From Octopus sinensis (taxonomy: Eukaryota): DNA of 64,000 nucleotides. Under the pieces are notes generated by a model. The model ran no database searches. It saw nothing but the letters and a program-made list of their open reading frames with translations, and was not told the DNA's origin. Each line of letters starts with the position of its first letter. Position 1 is the stretch's first letter. Shown in pieces: positions 1 through 9,534 of this stretch. The stretch covers positions 150,474,001-150,538,000 of the forward strand of contig NC_042999.1 of the NCBI RefSeq assembly GCF_006345805.1, read 5' to 3'. The translations under genes were made by a program, and so were the position numbers.

Positions 1-462
1 CTCTGGACCGGAAGGTTTTTAAGATCCAGGAGCTCATTCTACGAGCTATATCGACCTTATTGTTGATGTGAGCACTCCAACTGAGATTGTTATCAACAAT
101 TACACCCAGGTCTCTGATATTATTAGATGCCGTGAGCGGTTCCCCAGAAGGAAGAGAGTATGGTTGTTTTAGTATAGACTTTCTTCCAAAATGCATCAGT
201 TCAAATTTTCCCTCTTTCAGTTGCATTTTGTTTTTGTCTGCCCATTGACTCACAGCATGTAGATCAGACTGGAGTTGAGTTCGGTCTTCCTCTTCATTGA
301 TGATTTTCTGGAGCTCAGTGTCATCAGCAAATATTTTCACTTTGCAGTGATTTACGACGATGGAAAGGTCATTTATGTAAATTATAAAGAGAAGCGGGCC
401 CAAGACAGTTCCCTAAGCGGGCCCATGACAGTCCCCTGGGCGGGCCCAAGACAGTCCCCTGA
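1..462 (-). mobile_element. CR1-clade LINE fragment (RT core/thumb), 5'-truncated, runs off window start
   Basis: Minus-strand translation QGTVLGPLLFIIYINDL...VKIFADDT...LQSDL...W...KFELMHFG...IRDLGVIVDNNLSWSAHI...WILKTFRSR carries the RT motifs QGSxLGP and FADD of CR1-type ORF2. Confidence 0.9.
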
Positions 463-499
463 TCCTTTCTCGGTTTCTTCTCTCTTGTTGATCATGCCT

Positions 500-1300
500 A
501 TGCACAGAATAGGAAGTGCAAATGCATGTAGCCTGGAGTCACCTTGGAAGCAAAGTCATCTGCTCAACAAAATCAAGGCATAAGAAGATATAGAGGTGGT
601 GGCCATCAGCGAGACTAGATGGTTAGTTGCATGGTGTGCAAATTACCTGATTTGGATTACCTGCTACGCGAGCTTTACTTTTTTATATGCTAGGCATGTT
701 TGAAGACCTCTTGGCAGATATCTATTGCAACGGGCAGCAAAACGGGAGAATCCCCAATTCTTTGAGAATTTTTGCTCCAGTTCACGTCTCACCAAACCGA
801 ACGCCTGTTCTTTTTCTTTCTATGGAAGAGATTCGTCCCACTAATCAGATAATCTGTTTGTTATCAACACCAGCTGAGTGGAGGACTGGACATGTTATGG
901 CTGATGATGCACAGACATGTGCAGAGACTGTGAAATCCCCAGTGTTTTCTTGACAGTAAGTAGGTGTGGTCGTCGTTTGTCACGCCTACTTTTCCGCGGT
1001 TCATCTCTTTGACTGCAGTTCTAGATCAAGCTGTTCGAGACAAACTTTCAAGGTATGGATATACCGTTAGCCAAGCTTGCCCGAGATGCGCATAGACTAA
1101 CGAAACTGTTCTGCATGCACTCATCTAGTGCTCAAGCATTGCTAAATGGTCGCGTGTAGGACGGATTCGGCTATCGATTGTATCTATTATGAAGATCGTC
1201 CCACTCACCCCCTTTGGCCGAGGACAAGCAGCTTTCATCTTTCAGGTGACCTTAGTGTAAATTGTTGTGTGGTGGACAATATAAAAAGAACTGAAGTCAG
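500..1300 (+). mobile_element. Decayed, internally deleted Tx1/L1-clade LINE ORF2 fragment
   Basis: APE start MHRIGSANA...HLL...DIEVVAISETR (500-617). It jumps to an RT-start-like ELYF..GMFEDLLADIYCN.QQNGRIP, then a C-terminal zinc knuckle CPRC..NETVLHALI*C (1078-1131). Many stops and frameshifts. Confidence 0.75.
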
Positions 1301-1589
1301 ACGCCGTTCTCTTTGACCAAGCTCTCATCAACTTTTTCAATATTCACTTTAAAAGGAAAATGAAGGTGAAGAGGGGAGTGCTGCCTTCCAGGTAGAAACA
1401 TTGATAAATGGATGACTGTGGTAAGATTGGTTTGAGTGAATGGGCCTGCTCTGAGCATGTGTTTGCACAATGAAGATGGAAGATGAAGAGAGGACCCTTG
1501 CCTTAATTTTCAAGGCGATGTGGTTTTGTAGGGTTCCCACAAGCATTCCTCGGGAGTTTCCACAAGAATTTGAGTAACTGTCCATTTGA

Positions 1590-2050
1590 ACTTTTTGTTG
1601 AGTAGACCCGAGTGACGGAAGCGCAACGAGGCGACGAAGCCATAATTCAGTCTTTAGTAGACTAAATGGGCGCATGTTACTTGAACCTGAGCGGATGTAT
1701 ACGGCTTTTCAGCAGCACTTCGGTCAAATTCTCGAGTCGGGTGGTTGGCCGGATCGCAGGATGAACTTTAGTACCTACCTCAACAACCTGCCGCGACTCT
1801 CGGCGACAGACATTAGTATGTTGTGAAAAGCTGGTAACAGTTGTGGAAATACGGGAAACGATGGTTCTCTGGCTGGTTGTGTGGTGGGCAAATTGCCTGG
1901 TTCGGATGGCCAGCGAGCTTTACTTTTATATGCCAGGCCTGTTTGAGGATCACTCGGCTAATATCTACCGCAGCTGGCAGAACAGGAGACTTTTCAGTAC
2001 TGTGAGTTGAAGAGCGGTTGTGCAGTTGAGAAAGGACCGGATCAGAATTT
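1590..2050 (+). mobile_element. Second decayed Tx1/L1-clade ORF2 fragment (APE-RT linker and RT start)
   Basis: Frameshifted reading RVTEAQRG..IQSLVD / LLEPERMYTAFQQHF / YLNNLPRLS / EIRETM..GKLPGSDG / ELYFYMPGLFEDH.ANIYRSWQ. Homologous to 620-770. Confidence 0.7.
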
Positions 2051-2223
2051 ATCACTTTGATAATTTTTTATCAATAAGTCAGCTAAATAAAGAGTTCCAG
2101 ATTTTGGCAAAGGTGTTAACAAAGGTATTAAAGAAAATGGAGAGAAAAAAAATGGATGTATGAATAATTTATTTGAATGTTATAAAATGATGAAAATTTC
2201 TTTTAAAAAACAACAGTACAAAT

Positions 2224-2592
2224 ACAAGAGCACTGAGAGAGCGCAAACCCTCGCCAAGGCAACACAATGTCCTCTCAACGATTAGCCAGAGATGATTTTT
2301 AAAATGAGAATATCTAAAGTAAACTCGACTGCTCTCACAAACGAGAATACTAAAAATGAACCCGGTCGCTCACAAAAATTAAGTAAAAAAAATAGGGAAA
2401 ATAATCCAGATTCTTTGTCCGGTATCGGATCGATCCCCAAATCTAATCAGTCCGTGCTAATCACGAGGCTAAACATCCCTGAAAGTTTTATCCGAGTCTA
2501 TCCAGTGGTTCTGGAGATATCTTTTCCATGGACAAACAAACTAACAAACACGACTGAAAACAATACCTCCACTAGCGAAGGCGGAAGTAATA
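2224..2592. mobile_element. Non-autonomous Helitron/Helentron-like (HINE-type) element
   Basis: 5' ACAAGAGCAC..CCTCGCC subterminal motif, a short internal (AAAC) repeat, and a 3' imperfect hairpin AATACCTCCAC..GGCGGAAGTAAT. Architecture recalled for HINE/DINE-like elements; no coding capacity. Confidence 0.45.
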
Positions 2593-2892
2593 ACCTAAAT
2601 TCAATGATCTCATAATTAACCCCGAAGAAGTCTTACCCCCGTATAGTTAGAATACGATACCGTTCTTAGCATTTAATCAAATGCTTTCAACTGCTGATCA
2701 CCTAGGTGAAAGGACTGAAACATATATGTAGGTTCCTTTATTTATTATTTGTTTATTTAGTTATTTATTTATTTATTTATGTATTTATTAGCTTTACAAT
2801 TTGCAATCATTTTATTTGTCCTGTTACGTTTTTAAAAGAAATTTTCATCATTTTATAATATAAATAAATTATTCTAACATCCATTTTTCTCC

Positions 2893-2930
<38 letters not shown>

Positions 2931-3118
2931 CGTACATACACAAACTCACACGAGAAGAAGAGAGAGGGTGGAAGAATTGCTGTATAAACATCCAAAAATA
3001 AATCCACGGTAATTAAGAGCTCAATTAATAACCGGTCGTAAAACTCAAATACGTTGTTATATTGCAGTGAGATTAAGTTTTTCTGCTTTTATTATATACA
3101 TACGTATAGATGGCGATG

Positions 3119-3437
3119 TGGAGGCGCAATGGCCCAGTGGTTAGGGCAGCGGACTCGCGGTCGTAGGATCGCGGTTTCGATTCCTAGACCGGGCGTTGTG
3201 AGTGTTTATTGAGCGAAAACACCTAAAGCTCCACGTACTCTTTCACCACAAAGCTCCATTGTACTCTTTCACCACAACTTTCTCTCACTGTTGTCACGCC
3301 GGCCTTGTCACGCTGAATATCCCCGAGAACTACGTTAAGGGTACACGTGTATGTGGAGTGCTCAGCCACTTACACGTTAATTTCACGAGCAGGCTGTTCC
3401 GTTGATCGGATCAACCGGAACCCTCGTCGTCGTAACC
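3119..3437 (+). mobile_element. tRNA-derived SINE (family A)
   Basis: Pol III A box TGGCCCAGTGG (3130-3140) and B box GGTTTCGATTCC (3173-3184). A homologous head occurs at 55888. Confidence 0.85.
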
Positions 3438-3443
3438 ATAGAT

Positions 3444-3965
3444 GGCGAGCTGGCAGAAACGTTAGCACGCCGGGCGAAATGCGTAGCCGTATTCCGTCTG
3501 CCGTTACGTTCTGAGTTCAAATTCCACCGAGGTCGACTTTGCCTTTCATCCTTTCGGGGTCGATATATTAAGTACCAGTTACGCACTGGGGTCGATCTAA
3601 TCGACTCAATCCGTTTGTCTGTCCTTGTTTGTCCCCTCTGTGTTTAGCCCCTTGTGGGTAATAAAGAAATAAGTATTTCGTCTGCCGTTACGTTCTGAGT
3701 TCAAATTCACCGAGGTCGACTTTGCCTTTCATCCTTTCGGGGTCGATAAATTAAGTACCAGTTACGCACTGGGATCGATGTAATCGACTTAATCCGTTTG
3801 TCTGTTCTTGTTTGTCCCTTCTGTTTTTAGCCCCTTGTGGGCAGTAAAGAAATTTCGTCTGTCTTTACATTCTGAGTTCAACTTCTTCCGAGGTCGACTT
3901 TGCCCTTCATCGTTTTCAAGTCGATGAAATAAATACCAGTTGAGTACTGAGATCGATGTAATTGA
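3444..3965 (+). mobile_element. SINE family B with tandemly triplicated body
   Basis: Head GGCGAGCTGGCAGAAACGTTAGCACGCCGGGCG, then three copies of TTCTGAGTTCAAATTCC..GAGGTCGACTTTGCCTTTCATCC..GTCGAT..AGTACCAG. Homologues at 8919, 29170 (-), 39640 and 50285. Confidence 0.8.
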
Positions 3966-4146
3966 ATTACACACTCCCGCCAAATTTCAGTCCCATGAAC
4001 CTACAGGAGAAAGGATTATATGTATGTATGTGTGAGTGTGTAATAAGTACTACGGTCGTTTCATTCGACTACAATTCTTCAAGGTGATGCCCCAGCATGG
4101 TCGCAGTCAAGTGACTGAAACACACACACACACACATATATTTATA

Positions 4147-4314
4147 GGTGCAGGCGTCGCTATGTGGTAAGAACCTGGCTTCCCAACCACATTGTTCCGG
4201 GTTCAGTTCAACCGCGTGGTACCTTGGGCAGGTGTCTTCTACTATAGCCTCGGGTTGACCAAACCCTTGTGAATGCATTTGGTGGACGTAAACTGAAAGA
4301 AGCTTCGTCGTATA

Positions 4315-4413
<99 letters not shown>

Positions 4414-4625
4414 TATATATTTGTGTGTGTTTGTCCCACCACCATCGTTTGAGAACCGATGGTGGTGTGTTTATGTCCCCGTAACTTAGCGGTTCGACAA
4501 ATGAAATCAATAGAATAAGTACTAGGTTTACAAAGTATAAGACCTGGGGTCGATTTCTTCGACTATAACCATTTAAGGCGGTGCTCTAGCATGGCCGTAG
4601 ACAAATGACTGAGACTAGTAAACGA
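4147..4625 (+). mobile_element. tRNA-derived SINE family C (CORE-like), with expanded (TA)n at 4311-4410
   Basis: GGTGCAGGCGT..TGTGGTAAGAA..GGTTCAGT..ACCTTGGGCAGGTGTCTTCTACTATAGCCTCGGG head/core and tail GCATGGCC..AAATGACTGA. Many copies in the window. Confidence 0.8.
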
Positions 4626-4642
4626 ATAATATATAAACAAGA

Positions 4643-4644
4643 GC

Positions 4645-4703
<59 letters not shown>
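4643..4703. repeat. (GA)n microsatellite
   Basis: Direct observation. Confidence 0.95.
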
Positions 4704-4705
<2 letters not shown>

Positions 4706-4920
4706 GAAAATAGGAAGATGCCCCTTGCATTTGAAAGGTATGGAAATATTTTAAAAAAACATTTCATTTAATTTTTTCACAATTTAATTGTGTTTCATGC
4801 TTTACTCTAAGTCGAAAAAGTCGCAAAGGATGAAACCGGTACTAAAATGTTCTTCATGATAAAATTATTTTAGCATTTTCTACCTTGTCTTATTATGTGT
4901 GTGTATATATATATATATAT

Positions 4921-6038
4921 AGGTAAACAGTAAAAATAATTACAGACATGGACAAGAACATGAAACACCACAGAGACGACACAAGAACCACAGGACGGGA
5001 CATTCGAAGCCCTCAGTCATCAGTCAAGAACCAGATCATCTTAGCAATTTCGGCTGATTAATCTTGAGATTGCTCCGATATGGCCAGCCGCCAAGGGAAA
5101 TCTAAGCCAAGCGCATTAGATCCCCTGGAAGAAAGCTTCGAATGTATACAACGCGAGGACGGAAAACGAACGAAGTACACAAACAAAAATACAGAATACG
5201 TGACACCAATAAGAATACAAAAACGTAAAAACAATAACGGTAAAAATAAAAAATAAACAACAAAACAAAACCAGGACGTAGGACAAGGGTCTTTCGACAG
5301 GACGAGTTGAGTATGGGGCTGGCTTGTGAAGTTGTGCCTAATGGCCGCGGGAAGACGAACAAATACGTGTTGCTTCTGCGACTGCTGAAACGAAAAGAGC
5401 GCTGAACAGCGGCTAGCGGTCACGTGAGAACAAAAGACAGGAGAAAGGGACAGATGAAAAGAGAGAGAAGGTGGACGAGGGAGGAGAAGAAAGAGACAGA
5501 TCGAGGGGGCTGGAGGTGAGAGAGATAGAGAAACGTAGAAGGGGGGGGGAGACGGATGGAGAGGGAAAGAAAGGAAGGGGAATAAGGGAGGAGAGAGAGA
5601 GAGACAGATTAAGAGTCGTATCAATGCTAGAGAAAAAATATACTTATCGTATAAGGACAATTGTGGATACGTAGCCGCCGATTATATAGGTAAACAGTAA
5701 AAATAATTACAGACATGGACAAGAACATGAAACACCACAGAGACGACACAAGAACCACAGGACGGGACATTCGAAGCCCTCAGTCATCAGTCAAGAACCA
5801 GATCATCTTAGCAATTTCGGCTGATTAATCTTGAGATTGCTCCGATATGGCCAGCCCGCCAAGGGAAATCTAAGCCAAGCGCATTAGATCCCCTGGAAGA
5901 AAGCTCCGAATGTATACAACGCGAGGACGGAAAACGAACGAAGTACACAAACAAAAATACAGAATACGTGACACCAATAAGAATACAAAAACGTAAAAAC
6001 AATAACGGTAAAAATAAAAAATAAACAACAAAACAAAA

Positions 6039-6040
<2 letters not shown>
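4921..6040 (-). mobile_element. Non-coding element with ~353-bp near-identical direct terminal repeats (4921-5273, 5688-6040) inserted in (TA)n; pLTR/LTR-like
   Basis: The two repeats differ by only about 2 positions, enclose a unique ~415-bp purine-rich core, and both outer ends abut (TA)n. Orientation is inferred from T-rich minus-strand composition. Confidence 0.65.
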
Positions 6041-6076
<36 letters not shown>

Positions 6077-6241
6077 AAAGATAAATGCGATACAATAAAA
6101 TTAATTATAATCGCCGGTGTACCAGTACACGCCATATATTATACATATATCATTACATTCAAGGCGAAGAGTGCACTAGATACACAATAGCTGGATAAAT
6201 TTAGTGAGATGAAAATTAAAAACTTTTACAAACTTAACTTT

Positions 6242-6314
6242 TCTTATACTGCAGTTTCGCCAAATTCAGTAATAAAAATAGTATTCATTTACTCAGGCTG
6301 GCTCTTCAGTAAGA
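6242..6314 (-). ncRNA. Type I hammerhead ribozyme, copy 1
   Basis: Minus strand reads UCUUA-CUGAAGA-GCCAG...UUGGC-GAAAC-UGCA-GUA/UAAGA. Stem I is UCUUA:UAAGA, stem II GCCA:UGGC, stem III the palindrome ACUGCAGU, with a GUA cleavage triplet (cut between 6247 and 6246). Confidence 0.85.
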
Positions 6315-6644
6315 TTCCTGTTAATGATGGGAAGACCATATCAATAGACCCATGTGCGTCTATCGAAATGCTCTTTCTAAACTATTCAAAACACTGCGCA
6401 GACTCAGAACAAACCCGACAAAATAGGGGATTGTGGTATATCGTCTAACGGTCAGAAATTTATCGAGAGAATATGTAAACAAAGATAAATGCGATACAAT
6501 AAAATTAATTATAATCGCCGGTGTACCAGTACACGCCATATATATACATATATCATTACATTCAAGGCGAAGAGTGCACTAGATACACAATAGCTGGATA
6601 AATTTAGTGAGATGAAAATTAAAAACTTTTACAAACTTAACTTT

Positions 6645-6717
6645 TCTTATACTGCAGTTTCGCCAAATTCAGTAATAAAAATAGTATTCATTTACTCAGG
6701 CTGGCTCTTCAGTAAGA
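6645..6717 (-). ncRNA. Type I hammerhead ribozyme, copy 2
   Basis: Identical to 6242-6314, offset by 403 bp. A third half-copy (GAAAC, stem III, GUA only) lies at 7048-7081. Confidence 0.85.
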
Positions 6718-7077
6718 TTCCTGTTAATGATGGGAAGACCATATCAATAGACCCATGTGCGTCTATCGAAATGCTCTTTCTAAACTATTCAAAACACTGC
6801 GCAGACTCAGAACAAACCCGACAAAATAGGGGATTGTGGTATATCGTCTAACGGTCAGAAATTTATCGAGAGAATATGTAAACAAAGATAAATGCGATAC
6901 AATAAAATTAATTATAATCGCCGGTGTACCAGTACACGCCATATTTATACATATATCATTACATTCAAGGCGAAGAGTGCACTAGATACACAATAGCTGG
7001 ATAAATTTAGTGAGATGAAAATTAAAAACTTTTACAAACTTAACTTTTCTTATACTGCAGTTTCGCCAAATTCAGTA

Positions 7078-7158
<81 letters not shown>

Positions 7159-7245
7159 TATATATATACACACACACAAAATAAAAACAAAATAGAGATT
7201 GGGAATTTAATAATTTTTTATTATTAACCACAAATTAATTATCAG

Positions 7246-7329
7246 CCCTTACAGCTGTTTCAATTAATACTCAGTGAATATTAATTAAATATTAAATTCA
7301 TATAATCTGAGCATAACATATTCAGAGGG
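7246..7329 (-). ncRNA. Degenerate type I hammerhead (different family)
   Basis: CCCU-CUGAAUA (G8 mutated)...AUGCUCAG:CUGAGUAU stem II...UGAAAC-AGCU-GUA/AGGG. Palindromic stem III is retained but the core is damaged. Confidence 0.5.
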
Positions 7330-7345
7330 AATATATATACATATA

Positions 7346-7422
<77 letters not shown>

Positions 7423-7470
7423 GTGAATTGAAGAAATGGAGTTGAACGAAGATTGAACAGAAATCGTTTT

Positions 7471-7561
7471 ATTTCATTCTACACGTGTTTCGAAAGGCAC
7501 AATTTACCAAATTCCGATTGAATAATGAGACCATATTGTGTCTTTCTCTTCAGGAAGAAAT
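7471..7561 (-). ncRNA. Type I hammerhead ribozyme of the Penelope-like pLTR
   Basis: AUUUCUUC-CUGAAGA-GAAAGACACAAU...AUUGUGCCUUUC-GAAAC-ACGU-GUA/GAAUGAAAU. Stem I has 8 bp with a 1-nt bulge, stem II 11/12 bp, stem III is the palindrome ACACGUGU; predicted cut between 7480 and 7479. Confidence 0.85.
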
Positions 7562-7649
7562 AGGAAATCCGTTGGAAAAAACAAAAACAGAACAGAGGCG
7601 GAGCAAAACAAATCGAACTAGGCTCCTAAGAGCCCATGGCCAAACTGTT

Positions 7650-7775
7650 TATCAGTGTATGTTGAAAACGGGTGGTGGGTGCGTTGAAGATTTTAACGGG
7701 TCAGGCAGCGGTCATTTCGGTGGGTGAGGGCACGGGGTGTGTAGATGTTCTTTGTGACCTAGAGTAAAGTTCTGA
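7650..7775. repeat. Left arm of perfect 126-bp inverted repeat (right arm 8740-8865)
   Basis: The reverse complement of 7650-7775 matched 8740-8865 base by base. Confidence 0.95.
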
Positions 7776-8279
7776 GTTAATAGTGACGTAGTGGAAAATA
7801 AAGTAGTAAGCGGCTGCAGTTCTCGCAACAAATATAGTGACAGTAACGCAGTTCTAATTTCAGAAACTAATCCTAGCAGAATAAGATTCACGTCGGCGAA
7901 CTCCAAGATCAGAAACACCGTCTACCAATGCAAGGTTCACACGGACTCAGATGTCTACGCCTATGTAGGGGCCTCATCGTCAAGATTGGCTTTACGAATC
8001 TCCAACCATTACGCAACTTTTCGAGACATGAATAAACGCCAGACCACGGGACTTAGCAAGCTAATATGGAGATTGAAGAATACGAACTCAAGCTACAGGC
8101 TGGAATGGTCAATTTTGTCGGTGGCCCTCCCATTTGATAGGGGCAGAAGGAAGTGCAACCTTTGTGTCTCCGAACTCTTCCATATATTGTTTGCCAGAGA
8201 CCGGATGGTAAACGGACTTTTACAGTCGGCTTTTCGATGCCCCCATTGGCGGCGTTATACTTATCTAGCTTATAAATAA
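7776..8279 (+). CDS. GIY-YIG endonuclease domain (C-terminal part of a Penelope-like ORF; 5' end cut by the inversion)
   Basis: NTVYQCKV...AYVGASS..LALRISNHYATF...TTGLSKLIWRLK...LEWSIL...CNLCVSEL shows the GIY/YIG-like strands, conserved Arg/His and CxxCxxE. The open frame begins exactly at the inverted-repeat edge; no RT in the window. Confidence 0.8.
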   Translation, partial: VNSDVVENKVVSGCSSRNKYSDSNAVLISETNPSRIRFTSANSKIRNTVYQCKVHTDSDVYAYVGASSSRLALRISNHYATFRDMNKRQTTGLSKLIWRLKNTNSSYRLEWSILSVALPFDRGRRKCNLCVSELFHILFARDRMVNGLLQSAFRCPHWRRYTYLAYK

Positions 8280-8918
8280 CGCTTATAAATAATACCTGAA
8301 CCCGGTTACACTACTTATATGAAAATAGCCCTTGGTAATAAATTCTGAAAAAGCCTTTAAGAAAAATATGATTAACCATTGCAAGTGGAATTACTCCTGT
8401 GAGATGAATGGGGCTTTGTTTTTTGACGACGGGGGGTTTCTTTGACAAGGCATGATTAGACGAACACACGCACACATAAAATATTTTTTCTGCCGCCCGA
8501 CCGATCTTACAGCAGTGACCATTGTGTAGAGCTGTTTACCAACTGACAGCCGCGCGATCAAACGCACACACGTACACATAAAATGTTTTCTACCCCTTGA
8601 CGGATTTCTCGGCAGTGACCAGAATGTAGCGCTTCTTGCCATCTTGCGCCCGTACACATATATAGAACAGTAAACACACACATGTCTCTAAGTAGTTGTT
8701 GGCTCGCCCCATACAATACATCTAATATTCTTCAAATAGTCAGAACTTTACTCTAGGTCACAAAGAACATCTACACACCCCGTGCCCTCACCCACCGAAA
8801 TGACCGCTGCCTGACCCGTTAAAATCTTCAACGCACCCACCACCCGTTTTCAACATACACTGATACCAAATTATTTGGCTACCAAATAATTGTCACGTAT
8901 TACATTTACAGATATTAA

Positions 8919-9360
8919 GGCGGCAAGCTGGCAGAAACGTTAGCACGCCGGGCGAAATGCTTAGCAGTATTTCGTCTGCCGCTACGTTCTGAGTTCAAAT
9001 TCCGCCGAGGTTGACTTTGCCTTTCATCCTTTCGGGGTCGATGTCTGTCCTTGTTTGTTCCTTCTGTGTTTAGCCCCTTGTGGGTAGTAAAGAAATAGGT
9101 ATTTCGTCTGTCGTTACGTTCTGAGTTCAAATTCCGCCGAGGTCGACTTTGCCTTTCACTGGGGTCGATGTAATCGACTTAATCCCTTTGTCTGTCCTTG
9201 TTTGTCCCCTCTATGTTTAGCCCCTTGTGGGCAGTAAAGAAATATATTACATTTACATATATACATATGTAAAATACCTTGCCGCATTTGTTTCTGCACT
9301 CTAAGTTCGAGTTCCGCTGAAGTCAACTTTGTTTTTCGTAGTATCGGGGTCGATAAATAA
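8919..9360 (+). mobile_element. SINE family B, internally multimerised, plus an old degenerate copy at ~9280-9360
   Basis: Same head and repeated GAGTTCAAATTCCGCCGAGG..GACTTTGCCTTTCA body as 3444-3965. Confidence 0.8.
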
Positions 9361-9534
9361 AAAGCTGTGAAGAATTGGAGTCATCTTTTCTCCTTTCCAT
9401 TTTTTTTTTCTCAGAATCTACTGCGAAATAACGTCGGAGTGGTGTCACTCTCGCATGTTTCTACACCACTTTCGGTCTTGACATGAATATGATCTTATGA
9501 TAAAAATACTCACGTTCATCTGTCATCTCTAGTA

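Larger units (their letters stand above)
6072..7081 (-). mobile_element. Tandem array (2.5 x 403 bp) with one hammerhead ribozyme per unit; non-LTR retrozyme-like
   Basis: Units start at about 6072, 6476 and 6879 and are almost identical. Both ends are flanked by (TA)n, there is no meaningful ORF, and each unit has a hammerhead core on the minus strand. Confidence 0.85.
7420..8865 (+). mobile_element. 5'-truncated Penelope-like element with inverted pLTR/3' end
   Basis: GIY-YIG frame on +, perfect 126-bp inverted repeats at 7650-7775 and 8740-8865, and a hammerhead in the inverted (minus) arm whose tail runs into (TA)n at ~7420. Confidence 0.8.

Noticed and set aside
3119-3195. tRNA gene
   Set aside because: A and B boxes are present but there is no complete cloverleaf and the sequence continues into a SINE body; it is a SINE head.
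4208-4510. ORFs rich in YI/IY, CV, HT (also 25.3-26.3 kb, 34.1-34.5 kb, 45.4-45.8 kb, 61.9 kb)
   Set aside because: They are translations of TA/CA/TG microsatellites.
5123-5150. Plus-strand CTGGAAGA-AAGCTT-CGAATGTATAC as a hammerhead
   Set aside because: The core has an extra base, GAAT replaces GAAA, and no stem I forms.
5058-5674. 200-aa and overlapping ORFs in the LTR-like element
   Set aside because: Low-complexity F/L/S/P or E/R/G products of a purine/pyrimidine-skewed tract; no domain motifs.
6209-6448. 79-aa ORF repeated in the 403-bp units
   Set aside because: It is antisense to the hammerhead, has no recognisable motif, and is duplicated only because the unit is.
6072-7081. CRISPR-like or ordinary satellite interpretation of the tandem array
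   Set aside because: There are no unique spacers, the context is eukaryotic, and the ribozyme explains the unit better.
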